From: a virus
DNA: 64,000 nucleotides
Direction: 5' to 3' (one strand)
IMG/VR virus record: IMGVR_UViG_3300027924_001484
Location: 4,166 to 68,165 of that record
Part shown: positions 20,476 through 30,900 of the stretch, one piece after another
Numbering within the stretch: position 1 is the first letter of the stretch
Layout of the letters: the number at the start of each line of letters is the position of its first letter
Made by a program: the position numbers and the translations under genes
The notes under the pieces: generated by a model
Seen by the model: the letters and a program-made list of their open reading frames with translations, nothing else
Databases searched by the model: none
What the model was told of the DNA's origin: nothing

Positions 20476-23400
20476 TTAATAGCGAGAAAAGTTTCCTTGG
20501 ATAAGTTGCAGTAGAATGGCAGTTCTCAAAGCATTTCTGTTTGACTCTCCAATATAGATATCTTCGAACTTATACTCTACCTTAGAACGCTCAATTGCAG
20601 ACTGCTCAATCACAAAGTTTGTTCCAAGGAACTTGGTCTTGCGAGGAAGGAGTTGAGCAACAAATGTTCCAATGTTTGTGTCAAACCACTTGAAGAATTC
20701 AAAGAACCCCTTGATATTCATCTGATTGGTAAGTTTGTTAAAGTAGATTCTTCTCATATTTTCAAGGTCTGGGTAGTCTGAGGAGAATAACAGCTCAGGG
20801 CTTCCAATGGCATTGTCTAATTCATCAAATGATGAAAACAGTGTAATGATGTCTTGGTTTAGAGCATCAACAACAGAAAAGTCAATCGCAAACTTAGAAC
20901 TATCTGTTGGCTCTTCGCTCTTGCGAATATCATATACTGGCGCCTGCTCAGCCCAAGGAGAGTTTACAACCTCATCATAGTCCTGATAGCCTCTTACGCG
21001 AATTTTATCTGTAGAAGACGCTTCATCATATTTTGGAGAAACATAAGAGAAGTGAAACCTCTGCGGCACAATTACCTGGCTGGATACTGGAAAGGATGTT
21101 CCAGACATAACAAATCCGTTTTGAGTGAAATCTGTTAGTTCGAATTGACCAGCTCCATTCGACTGAGTTACAATTTGGTCTGTGGAGCAATCCATTCTTA
21201 GACGTTCCCAAGAACCAGAGTTTGTAGTGTCAAAGTTGAAGTTTACTTTTGGATCCTGAACGCCAACAGATCGATAGTTGCGAACGTGCTCCTTCCATTC
21301 TTTGTCTTGTAAAAACTTGGACCAAAAGCGCATTTGTGTTACTTTGCCAGTGAAATCTGTGTATTGTGAGTCGGTAGGCACATAAGAAGAAGTGGTTGAA
21401 AGTGCCATTAGTTCTTGAAATGAACCTGTTGACATCTGGATGCTACCAGATCCAACTGCCATATATGGTGCATAATTTGCTGATGCAATTTCAAACAGGT
21501 TTATGTCTGATCCTGGTACAGATTCCATGTAGAAACTTGAAGTGGTGTGCGTCTCTACAATCTCACCATTTTCTGCCTTCGACAATCGAAGAAAGTACGA
21601 AGATGAAACATTCATTGTAATTTGCTCTTCTGAAAAACCAGAGAACTTTAGACTCGGATCATCAGTTCTTTGTCTTCCGCAAGAAGCATACCAAAGACTA
21701 CCGTCAAATATGTCGGCGCCAGTAATCGAACAAACAAGCGTGTCAACAGGTGTGCCAAATGTGAAGAATAGGTTTCTTGCATATAAATCTACATTGCCAC
21801 CCTTGGTAGCTACAACATTCATCAACAAAATATCTTCAGCATCAAATCCATTAGCTAAAGATGAGGTGATATGCATTCGCATCAACGACTGACTGGTACC
21901 AACATCCATAGCAATTGGAAACTTGTAAGTTGCTTCAAGTGTAAACGACCCTGACGTTAGCATGGTGTCATAGATGGCAGCCGAGCCATTGTATGGCCAC
22001 CCAGGTTCAGTTTTCGCCACAGGAGATAGTAAACCAGAACTCTTTAGAATGCCACCAGAGACAAAATTTACCATTGTAGATACTTCAGTTTTTAGATCTC
22101 TGGTAAACGATAGTGTTTGTTTGGTTGGTCCACCAAATTCTCTAATTCTAAATGTTGAATCGGGATCAATGCCAACCGTTCTAATGAATGACTTAACAGA
22201 GTGAATAGTTCCCTTGGACTTCATGAAGTCCTGCATGTTCACTAAAATTCTTCTCCAAATTTGGTTCTGAACAGACTGTAGAGACAGTGAGTTTGTAGAT
22301 GTAATGTCATCAATATTTTCTGCGTTGATAAACTGTTCGATAGAACTTCCTTGAAACAAAGGAGGAAGTACCAAGCCATAACGAGAAGCCATGTCTTGCA
22401 AGAATACATCTGGAACAGAATCTGTTTCATCGTAGTCAACGAAATCTATGTTTGCAAATGCCTGTGTATACAACTTGATTTCGTCAAAGAACTTAGCCCA
22501 TGTATAGAGCATAAGTAAAAGGGTTTGAGTTGCTCCAATTTTTGCAGACCTTGGGTCGCCGCCACCAGGCGTATAATCAACTACAGGACCTTCAATTGTT
22601 TCAAGTCCATCTCTAAACTGACCTTCTGTCAAGTAGTGTGGTGGAATTAGACGAGTAATTAGGTTAGGGTTGATTTTGTCATATGCGGCAGCGTCTGTTA
22701 AAAACTCATTTTGTAGTTGATACACAGCGTCTGAGTCTGGAAACAAAATTGGTGAATACTCAAGTTTCTCATATGTCATTGGGTTTACCCCAATTGTATC
22801 TTTGTCAATTGCTCTTACTCCAAGAGCAACGGCTCCTATGCTAAGTCTTCCGTGAATAGAGTTGGAAGAGTAGTCAATAACAATATTGGAAGCAGTATCA
22901 GACGGCTCGTTGAATCTATAGTACGCTTTAAGATTGTCATCTGCAAAGATAGCTTTCTTTTCATAGTCCCGTCGTTGAGCATCTGTTCTTACGCTATGCC
23001 AAATTCTAAGTTCATCCATGGAACCAGAAAATGTTGTCTCGGGAGAAAACAAAGTTCCTCCACCTACATTTGAACCAGAACCAATTAATAGAGAGGTAGT
23101 AGCAGAGTTGATTTCATCAAATTCAATTAGATTAGAAGAAGAAGCTATCAAGGTTTGGTTTACATACCCAAGGATTTTGTTCTCTAGTTGTGCTCTGTTC
23201 CACACGATTGCTACATGGTTCCATCTGCCCTTTTCAATTTCAACAGAAAGAGAATCATAAACAGAGCCAGAGGCAACTATGAATACAACAGAAGCAGACT
23301 GTACACTTAGAGAAGAACTAAGTCCCATAAAGAATCCGTTGACATTATTAGCAGCAGTTTCTGAGTGTTTGTCAAGAATTGCCTGAGAAGTATTTGCTTG

Positions 23401-23979
23401 CTCTGGAACGAGGATATGAAATTCAATTGTCATCGACTTTGATTTTGGGTCGAGAATTACTTCGCCAGAGGTTTTTGTCGAGGCATCAGGATATGCTGCA
23501 CCAGCTAGGTCTGTTACTGTTACGTAAGTTCCTCCATAAGTCTCACCGATATTAGTTCCAGAGAAGTACAGGTAGTCCTTTTGTTTTGGAAACTCATCAT
23601 ATATGTAACGTTCAAACCCAGTAAGACCATCAAGGAAAAGTTCTGTTTTTTGTTTGGTTCCGTCAAACGGATATTCATTTAAAATTTTCTGAAAAGCTAC
23701 ATTGGTTTTTACTTGTGCAGAATTGAAAAACGTGTGATTGGCAAAACTACTCCAATCAACATTGACCTGTTGTGTGCTCTTTATTCCTTGACCCTGAGTG
23801 TCATATTTGAAAGAACTGCTTATACCCAAGCTAGAATCGCTGGTAATGTTTCCATCTTGCGTTTCATAGATGGAAATTCCAGTTCCTTCACCTTCTCTTA
23901 TACCTCTAACCACTTCTGGCGAAAACAGCGAAAAAGAATTGTTGGACAGATTTTTTGTGTTGTCTCTAAAAGTTGTCAT
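20476..23979 (-). CDS. Large baseplate protein with LamG domains
   Basis: MTIEFHI, WNHVAIVW, FSGSMDELRIW, LKAYYRFNE; KSKGTIHSVKSFIR resembles the KGT motif of baseplate wedge (P2 gpI / T4 gp7-like) proteins. Confidence 0.7.
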   Translation of the reverse strand: MTTFRDNTKNLSNNSFSLFSPEVVRGIREGEGTGISIYETQDGNITSDSSLGISSSFKYDTQGQGIKSTQQVNVDWSSFANHTFFNSAQVKTNVAFQKILNEYPFDGTKQKTELFLDGLTGFERYIYDEFPKQKDYLYFSGTNIGETYGGTYVTVTDLAGAAYPDASTKTSGEVILDPKSKSMTIEFHILVPEQANTSQAILDKHSETAANNVNGFFMGLSSSLSVQSASVVFIVASGSVYDSLSVEIEKGRWNHVAIVWNRAQLENKILGYVNQTLIASSSNLIEFDEINSATTSLLIGSGSNVGGGTLFSPETTFSGSMDELRIWHSVRTDAQRRDYEKKAIFADDNLKAYYRFNEPSDTASNIVIDYSSNSIHGRLSIGAVALGVRAIDKDTIGVNPMTYEKLEYSPILFPDSDAVYQLQNEFLTDAAAYDKINPNLITRLIPPHYLTEGQFRDGLETIEGPVVDYTPGGGDPRSAKIGATQTLLLMLYTWAKFFDEIKLYTQAFANIDFVDYDETDSVPDVFLQDMASRYGLVLPPLFQGSSIEQFINAENIDDITSTNSLSLQSVQNQIWRRILVNMQDFMKSKGTIHSVKSFIRTVGIDPDSTFRIREFGGPTKQTLSFTRDLKTEVSTMVNFVSGGILKSSGLLSPVAKTEPGWPYNGSAAIYDTMLTSGSFTLEATYKFPIAMDVGTSQSLMRMHITSSLANGFDAEDILLMNVVATKGGNVDLYARNLFFTFGTPVDTLVCSITGADIFDGSLWYASCGRQRTDDPSLKFSGFSEEQITMNVSSSYFLRLSKAENGEIVETHTTSSFYMESVPGSDINLFEIASANYAPYMAVGSGSIQMSTGSFQELMALSTTSSYVPTDSQYTDFTGKVTQMRFWSKFLQDKEWKEHVRNYRSVGVQDPKVNFNFDTTNSGSWERLRMDCSTDQIVTQSNGAGQFELTDFTQNGFVMSGTSFPVSSQVIVPQRFHFSYVSPKYDEASSTDKIRVRGYQDYDEVVNSPWAEQAPVYDIRKSEEPTDSSKFAIDFSVVDALNQDIITLFSSFDELDNAIGSPELLFSSDYPDLENMRRIYFNKLTNQMNIKGFFEFFKWFDTNIGTFVAQLLPRKTKFLGTNFVIEQSAIERSKVEYKFEDIYIGESNRNALRTAILLQLIQGNFSRY

Positions 23980-23983
23980 GGTA

Positions 23984-25567
23984 TTAGTCTACGACCTTAA
24001 ATCTAAATCCGTTGTTTTCAATTAGTGTTTGCTCTGAAGAACCGTCTATGCTTCCAATTGACAAGTCAATCTGATAGATTTCTCCAATGTCTAAATCTGA
24101 CATCCAAACATCAAAGTACATTCCTTGACTGTCATATGATAGTCTTGTTGCTTCATCGAATGGAATTATAACCTTCTTTGTGAATGCTTCCTTCAGCCTC
24201 CAAAACATGTTTGGAAATATTTGTGGAAGAGTGGTCTTTGGCATTCTAGAAGGATCGTTTGTTATGTTGTAGTCCTGCGCAAACACTCTCAGTCGACTTG
24301 GCTTAGTAAAGTTCTTCTTGTATAGAGTGCTTAGATTTACGATATTTGTAACGATATTACGTTGATGTAAGTTGCTAAAACTTCCTTGAGGGTTTGTAAA
24401 CGTAGCATAGTTGCTTGCAAAAACTACTTGGTCGTCTAGGCTTACCCAGGAAATTTTCATTTCAACAGAATTAGAACCAGATAGGTAGTCTCTAAGACTT
24501 TGGTCAAACGTTGAAACAAAACAGTCGCTCTTGTATATTCCTGATATTCCAACACCATTGCTTGATGTAAGTTGGTTTGCCTGAAAAGTATCTGTCCACA
24601 TGGCAATGGACTTTGTAACATGGTTTATTGTTGCATTGTGTGTAATGGAAAAACTGCTGGTAATATAGTCATAACTCTTAGAGGCTTCTAGTTTGAGCAC
24701 CAAACAGTCAGAACCAGTAATTTGTACAGAGCCAGAGAAAAAATTGGCATATGAGTCATTGACTCTGTTGTATACAAAAAGGCTTTGTGAAACATTCAAC
24801 TGAGGGTATCCAGAACTGTCTTGTAGAATATCACTGGAAGTCTTCACGATAAGACGCGGTTGCAGAGCCCTGGTGTACGCCTGACGGGTTCCAAATCGTT
24901 TCACGAAGTATGTGTTCGTATCTTGCTCTAAAGCCTCTGAGAAGCTTATACGTAATCCATTGTTATCCAAAATTCCTGCCAGAGAAGCTGATACAATATG
25001 TGTTATATCAACGCTTAGATCTTCATCACCTCTGAGAAAGTTTTGTGTTGCTCCAATATACCTAAAACCAAGTCCATCCTGAAGGTTACCAGATACAATT
25101 ACATCGCAGGTGTCACCAAGAGAACCAGTAGCCGAAGCGCCAGACATAACCCATGAAGTACCATAAGACGAACTCAAGTAGTTGCAAACATCAAGATCTC
25201 TATACGCAATTACGTCAGATCCTCTTCCTTCTGCAAATGAATTTGACAGAGGCAACACTTCAATTACAAAATTGGATGGAGTTGTTTGACCACCATATAC
25301 ACTTTTTAGATTCAAGAGACACTTGAACGTAGCATCACCAAAGCTAAGAAGAGGATTTGCTGAAACAAGGTCTGTATAGTCAAAGTGTATCAGTCCGTGA
25401 CTTAGCTCAACTACACTAGAGGTTACACCTGGAACAATGGTTTCATCATATAGCTTAAACAAGTCCATGGTGCCAGCTTGTCCAACGTTAGACGTTACAA
25501 CACTCTCGCCTGAGATATACTTGTTTGTTATGTAGGTATCTTTACTAGCAGATAGAAGTCTATACAT
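23984..25567 (-). CDS. Virion/baseplate-associated protein (DNRLRE-like N-terminal domain)
   Basis: ASKDTYI...LIHFD...LNLK...NNGLRI...PRLIV pattern; adjacent to the gp6-like gene. Confidence 0.5.
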   Translation of the reverse strand: MYRLLSASKDTYITNKYISGESVVTSNVGQAGTMDLFKLYDETIVPGVTSSVVELSHGLIHFDYTDLVSANPLLSFGDATFKCLLNLKSVYGGQTTPSNFVIEVLPLSNSFAEGRGSDVIAYRDLDVCNYLSSSYGTSWVMSGASATGSLGDTCDVIVSGNLQDGLGFRYIGATQNFLRGDEDLSVDITHIVSASLAGILDNNGLRISFSEALEQDTNTYFVKRFGTRQAYTRALQPRLIVKTSSDILQDSSGYPQLNVSQSLFVYNRVNDSYANFFSGSVQITGSDCLVLKLEASKSYDYITSSFSITHNATINHVTKSIAMWTDTFQANQLTSSNGVGISGIYKSDCFVSTFDQSLRDYLSGSNSVEMKISWVSLDDQVVFASNYATFTNPQGSFSNLHQRNIVTNIVNLSTLYKKNFTKPSRLRVFAQDYNITNDPSRMPKTTLPQIFPNMFWRLKEAFTKKVIIPFDEATRLSYDSQGMYFDVWMSDLDIGEIYQIDLSIGSIDGSSEQTLIENNGFRFKVVD

Positions 25568-25570
25568 GGC

Positions 25571-27436
25571 TTATACTGAGCTCCCAACAATGTCTGACCC
25601 AGGAAATCTTACTTCAAAAATAGAACCTTGAGGTCCAAATATGATTCCCTTTTCTGTGTTTGATTCAATGTCATATTGAATTCCAGAATATACTCTTGAA
25701 CTCTGTGTTCCAAAGACGTTTTCTATCTTGATGTCGTTTACAGATAGCACGCCTTGATTGTTAAAGATCAAGTTCTGTATATCTGACAATACGATTGGTT
25801 GGTCTAATTCCAACTTCTTCTGACCGAAGTATGTTCGAAGTCTCTTGATAATAGATTGAAGAACTAGGTTTCTGTTTGTAGAATATGATGGGTCAATAAC
25901 AACAGAGAACTTAACTTTGATGTTGATTACTGGGGCATCTAGAATATCAATAGCATCGGAGATCATTCTATATTGATTCAGGTACTTCACCAGGTTTTTC
26001 TTTAGAGAGTCTGGCGATACAACAAGTTGTCCTTGAGCATTTCTAGAAATGATGTACAGTCTTGTGGAAAGAGGATTGTTTGGGTTTTGGTGCAACCCTG
26101 CTCTGAACACACGACCAAAGTTACTTGGCATGGTATAGATTCTAGCAAGCACATCAGGCTTAGAGACAATTCTTCCCTGTGCTGACCTAGCAGATGGGAT
26201 TCTAGATTTTAGTTCTGTGATAGAAGGAGGGTCTTCACCACCGCCTGCATCGCTCTGGTTGATTGTTGAAATTGAAGCTCTAACCTGTTGTGCAACTCTA
26301 GGGCTTGGATTTCTTGGAAAGTCTAGTGAGAGTGTTGTGATATCTTTGATCGATCTGGCAATTACATTATGACTTAGACCACCACCATATCTGTAGGTCA
26401 CTGTAATTGTTGAGTTTGGTACAATGGTTCCAAGGGTGCTAGACTGCAAGAACTTGCCAGGATCGATTGTGAATCTTGAGAAGTTTCTCTTTCCATAGAG
26501 TGGTACTGCAAAGTCAGACGGGTCTGGAATAATGTCGTTATCAAGGCTGTCAGCAGAACCACCTCCAAACGTGAGCGTAGTAAGCCTTGTTGCAAGAGAT
26601 ACAGATTTAGTAAATCTATATGGAGCAGGGGTCAACACAAGGTTGTCTTCTACATAGACATCATTCAGAGCACTGTTGTTCTTTTTGTTAATTGAGGCTA
26701 CAAAAACCGTGTCCTGGCTAAGGTGTTCTACCTCGTAATATGTATTTGACTCTGAGTCCGTTACGGATATGATTTCTGTTATGTTATCTCTGCTAAGAAC
26801 ATTCTGAAGAAACGGAGTAAAGTTTCCGACCGTGATTGTTTCTGTTGCTCTAAAGCCTGAGATACATGTGCCAGATCTGTTGATAAAAAATGTAGTGGGG
26901 ATATTTTGAGTATCTCTTGAACCTATTGTTACTTCAGAAATAAGATTGTTTTCTATGTCTACTTGTCCAAAATCAAGGTCTTCTACAAGTTCAAAGTAAG
27001 TACCGTTCTCAGCTTTGACAACCGTACCAGTACCAACTACTGGTAGTGCCGTTCTGTCTGGAACTGGAATTCCACTTTCATTTAGGACTGCTGGCACTTC
27101 AATATAGAACATTTGGTCTACGACTGCGGGCGCGGCGCCTACAATTGGAACACCTGCATTTTTTAAATGTCTTTCTATGTTTACATTTTCAACAGATGTA
27201 AGTGGGTTTGTTTCGTGAAACTGGTGGTCAAGGTAGAATGACTGAACGTCTCCAGTATATGAAGCAAAATCAAGAAACAAACCTCCCAAGGAGTTTTCTG
27301 AGAAATCCTTGTTGGCATCAGGAAAATACACACGAGCATATTCAAGAAGATCATTCTTGAAAGAAGAGAAGTCCTTGTTGAGGAATTTTCTTGCACGCTG
27401 CTGTTGTAGTATTGTTTTTTTGGTCTCGAAAGCCAT
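25571..27436 (-). CDS. Baseplate wedge subunit, T4 gp6-like
   Basis: NKDFSSFKNDLLEYARVYFPD...DFSENSLG...FYLD; TVTYRYGGG; AGGGED...ELK...AQGRIVSKPD. Confidence 0.88.
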   Translation of the reverse strand: MAFETKKTILQQQRARKFLNKDFSSFKNDLLEYARVYFPDANKDFSENSLGGLFLDFASYTGDVQSFYLDHQFHETNPLTSVENVNIERHLKNAGVPIVGAAPAVVDQMFYIEVPAVLNESGIPVPDRTALPVVGTGTVVKAENGTYFELVEDLDFGQVDIENNLISEVTIGSRDTQNIPTTFFINRSGTCISGFRATETITVGNFTPFLQNVLSRDNITEIISVTDSESNTYYEVEHLSQDTVFVASINKKNNSALNDVYVEDNLVLTPAPYRFTKSVSLATRLTTLTFGGGSADSLDNDIIPDPSDFAVPLYGKRNFSRFTIDPGKFLQSSTLGTIVPNSTITVTYRYGGGLSHNVIARSIKDITTLSLDFPRNPSPRVAQQVRASISTINQSDAGGGEDPPSITELKSRIPSARSAQGRIVSKPDVLARIYTMPSNFGRVFRAGLHQNPNNPLSTRLYIISRNAQGQLVVSPDSLKKNLVKYLNQYRMISDAIDILDAPVINIKVKFSVVIDPSYSTNRNLVLQSIIKRLRTYFGQKKLELDQPIVLSDIQNLIFNNQGVLSVNDIKIENVFGTQSSRVYSGIQYDIESNTEKGIIFGPQGSIFEVRFPGSDIVGSSV

Positions 27437-27449
27437 AAGTGGTATTCCT

Positions 27450-27920
27450 TCAAATGATATATATTGTTACTTCAAGTATGTCTTTTGAAATATTCAGTGT
27501 TGGTATTGCATAACTAACTAAAATTTTGATTTTGCCAACCCTATCATTAGAGTCATAGTCTGGTTTTGCATCATACTCAATGAGTTCAAGGAACGGCATC
27601 CACAAACTTACAGCAGTGTTGATTCTAACAATTGCTTCTTCATTGAAGTTGTCGATTGATGAAAATTCAGCAGCAAGCGGGGAAAGATTTGCCCCATAGT
27701 TTGTGAGAGCTAGTCGCTCGCCCCAATTGGTTTGGATTAGGTTTCTAAGGTTATCAGCAATCTGCGCCCTGATATCTGTGTGCATGGCAAAGATATTGTT
27801 GGTATACTTGTCTAACTCAAGTGGAGTCTTGACACCAATAGGTGTCAAAGAACGGTTCTGTTCTGTAAAGGTAGAACCAATTTCTTTTAAAACACCAACA
27901 TCTTTGAAGCTAATTGCCAT
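27450..27920 (-). CDS. Baseplate wedge protein, gp25/GPW-like
   Basis: QIADNLRNLIQTNWGER...YGANL...INTAVSLWMP. Confidence 0.88.
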   Translation of the reverse strand: MAISFKDVGVLKEIGSTFTEQNRSLTPIGVKTPLELDKYTNNIFAMHTDIRAQIADNLRNLIQTNWGERLALTNYGANLSPLAAEFSSIDNFNEEAIVRINTAVSLWMPFLELIEYDAKPDYDSNDRVGKIKILVSYAIPTLNISKDILEVTIYII

Positions 27921-27927
27921 GAATCAA

Positions 27928-27934
27928 TAAATAT
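27928..27934 (-). promoter_or_regulatory. Putative late promoter element ATATTTA
   Basis: GGTTCCTTTGC-ATATTTA, 7 nt before ATG 27920. Confidence 0.5.
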
Positions 27935-27963
27935 GCAAAGGAACCAGTTTCAAAGAGAAAGCG

Positions 27964-30900
27964 TTACAAGTTTGTGTTGTGAGGGATTAACTTGCTTGCT
28001 TTCTGCACGCCAACGTTGATTACACCTTGATTTGTTGTCACTGTACCAATAGCCGTGTCAAGCTCAGTCTTTGTTGGAGCATCGTAGTCAGCTAGAGCCG
28101 TGTCAACCTCTGCATTCACTTGAGCTGCTGAAAGGTTGTTCAGGGCTGCGATAGAGGCAGCAGTTGCCAAACCTGTCTGAATAGCAGTAACGCCACCAGC
28201 CGTAAGCTCTCTCGTTCCAGCAGCCCATACATCTGTTGCTGAAATGTCATTTAAAGCAGCAACCTCGGCACTTGTTGCCAATCCTGCTTGCACAGCCGTT
28301 ACACCACCGGCAGAAAGGGTTCTGGTTGAGTAAGACCATACATCGGCTGCCGATGCACCACCGCCACCTGTTGTCTCATAGGCAATAACCAGATCTGGGT
28401 TAGAGAAGATGCTTCCTCCAGTTGTATCAATGATATCAATGGTTTCACCTGTAACCGAATCTCTTCCCCAACCGTTTGTGATCACAAGAGGAACTGTTGG
28501 TCCAGAGGTAACGTTCTTGATTTTGAAATCCGTAAAGACATAGTTGGCTGTATCAATCGCCTGAATGAAACGCTGTTCGTCTCTGATTCCTAGCTCCGTG
28601 GAAAGCCAATAGGTTTCATATGCATAAATGTAACCCCACGATAGAAGACCAGAGTCAATCTCGACAAGTAGTGCTCCATCATCAATCACAATGTCTGTAA
28701 TGGCAGTTCCATCAATTCCATTGTCAATGTAAACCTGATCGTTCTCTTGTGTCACAGTGCGTGAGAAACCATCAATGCCACACTCTTCCGTGAACTCAAC
28801 AAACATCTTCGCTGTTGTATCTGTAGCATACATTACACGAACTCTACAATCAAAGTCGGTTGTGTAGGGAACTGAAATGGTCAGGGTTGTGGAAGAAGGA
28901 ACATCATTGTAGAGTTCTGTTGCATTGTCAACATCATACAACTGAATACGTGATCCAAGAGTGAAGCCAGTTATTGTGATTGGAGAAAGGTCTAGAGGAT
29001 AGAGATTGTTGGTTTGATCAGCAAGTGTTGAGGTTGTCCAAAGGGCAAGGTATGTAAGCGCATTAGTGGTGGCAGCTACCATTGTTTCTGCACGAATACG
29101 CAGCTTGAAACCATCTGAAGGAGAGATAGTTTCAGCAACTAGCGCAGGATCAATGAAGAAAATTGGAATGTTTGTAAGTGTTACCAGGATGTTTGCACTT
29201 AGAGTCACTGTGGTTCCAACAACGTTTGTAACCGTTGTTCCAGCAGTAAACTGTGTTCCAAGATCGGTCCACACATAGTCACCAATCTGTGGTAATCCAG
29301 CGGCTGTTGCTGTAAACACAAATGTGTTTGTGCCTGCCGTACCACCAGAAGCGCGCACTCTAATAGCAGCTAATCTAGCCTCTGTTGACCATACACCAGT
29401 ACCGGGGTCTATCTGATAGTAGTAGTCAAAATTCTGTTGGTTTGTACCTGTGATTTGTGAAAGTCCAGAGAATCCAGTATGTCCTAGAACATAGTACGGA
29501 AACTCCATGATTAGTTCATCACCAACAGAAGGCATGGCAGCATTACCTGTGGACGTAAATCCTCCAGCAGCGCCTGCTAGTGTAAGTGTCACATAATCTG
29601 TGGTATCAGCAGTTGGCTCGTTACATGCAAACCACAAACGTCCAGATGTGTCGCTTGTGAACATGTCATAAGCGAATGAACCGTAAACTGACGTTCCGCC
29701 AGTAGTAAGATGGCTTGTGGCTCGGGAACCTTTTAATAAGGTATTCAGAGATAAAATAGTCTGGTTACCAGTGGTCCCATGCAAACTTTCAAATGTTTGA
29801 TTGTTTGATGTGTTAAGTGTTAGGATTGTGGATGTTCTGGTTTGCTCAAGGTAACATCTTTGAACACGAACATTGTCATTTTGTCCTCCATCTTGATAAA
29901 TGTACGCAGGAGCCAAAACAGTGGATGCTACTCTAAGTGGAGTTGTTCTCGTACCTGCGTTACGAAATGTTATATTTGTACTTTGGACGGCATAAAATAC
30001 ACCCAAATACGGGTTAGTGTAATCAGGTGTAACGACACCTTTAAGACCAAAGGTTACTCCATCCACAAAAATATTATCACATGCAGTGCCAACACTTACG
30101 ACATAAAGTCCTGTTGTTGTATTAGTATTACCTACGAATCTGTCACAATGATCTAAACCAATATGCGTTATATTTTTTGAAGTATTGTGTATTGTTTGGC
30201 TGTTGTACTGATAGCAATCAAGAAATTGCAAGTCTGAACAGACAGAAGTGTTTACCGAACGCCCTGTGTTTCGTGCATAGGTAACTACTCCAAAATGGCA
30301 ACGAGTGAAAATATGTCCTACACATGCAGTTAACGAACCTGCATGTGCGTTTGCTGAAGCGGTTACACGGAAAAACTTACAATCTGTGATTGTACCACCA
30401 AATGAGTTCTGCCCTAGCGAAAGCGATGTAGCTGCTCCTAAATAGTTTCCAACAACATAGTCATTTAAGACCGTTGGAGAAGATTCATTGGTTGAATTGT
30501 GTGAATCAAACGTAGCACAATGCTGTATTATGATCTTGTAAGCATTGGTGAATGCATGATACCAGTCGTTCAAGAAATACTCAAAGTCAATAAATCCTGC
30601 GTTAGCAGTAGAAAAGTCTGGTCGAGTTGCAAGTGTTGCGTGTGGTACTAAGTTAACTGCATCGCCGTCAGCAGCTTTAGACTGTCTACCAAGAATGTTA
30701 GGAATACGAACTCTACAACCAGCCGGAGGCAAGAATCCAACTGTGTTTGTACCGTTGTGTCCAATTATCACCTGTCCATCACCAGCAGTACAAACAAACT
30801 TGGAACGTTCATCCGTGCTTAAATTTGCCGGAATCATAGCAGCAGCTAATAGAGCTGGAAATGCTTCATAAACACCAGTTCCTACTCCCGTTTCAATCCA

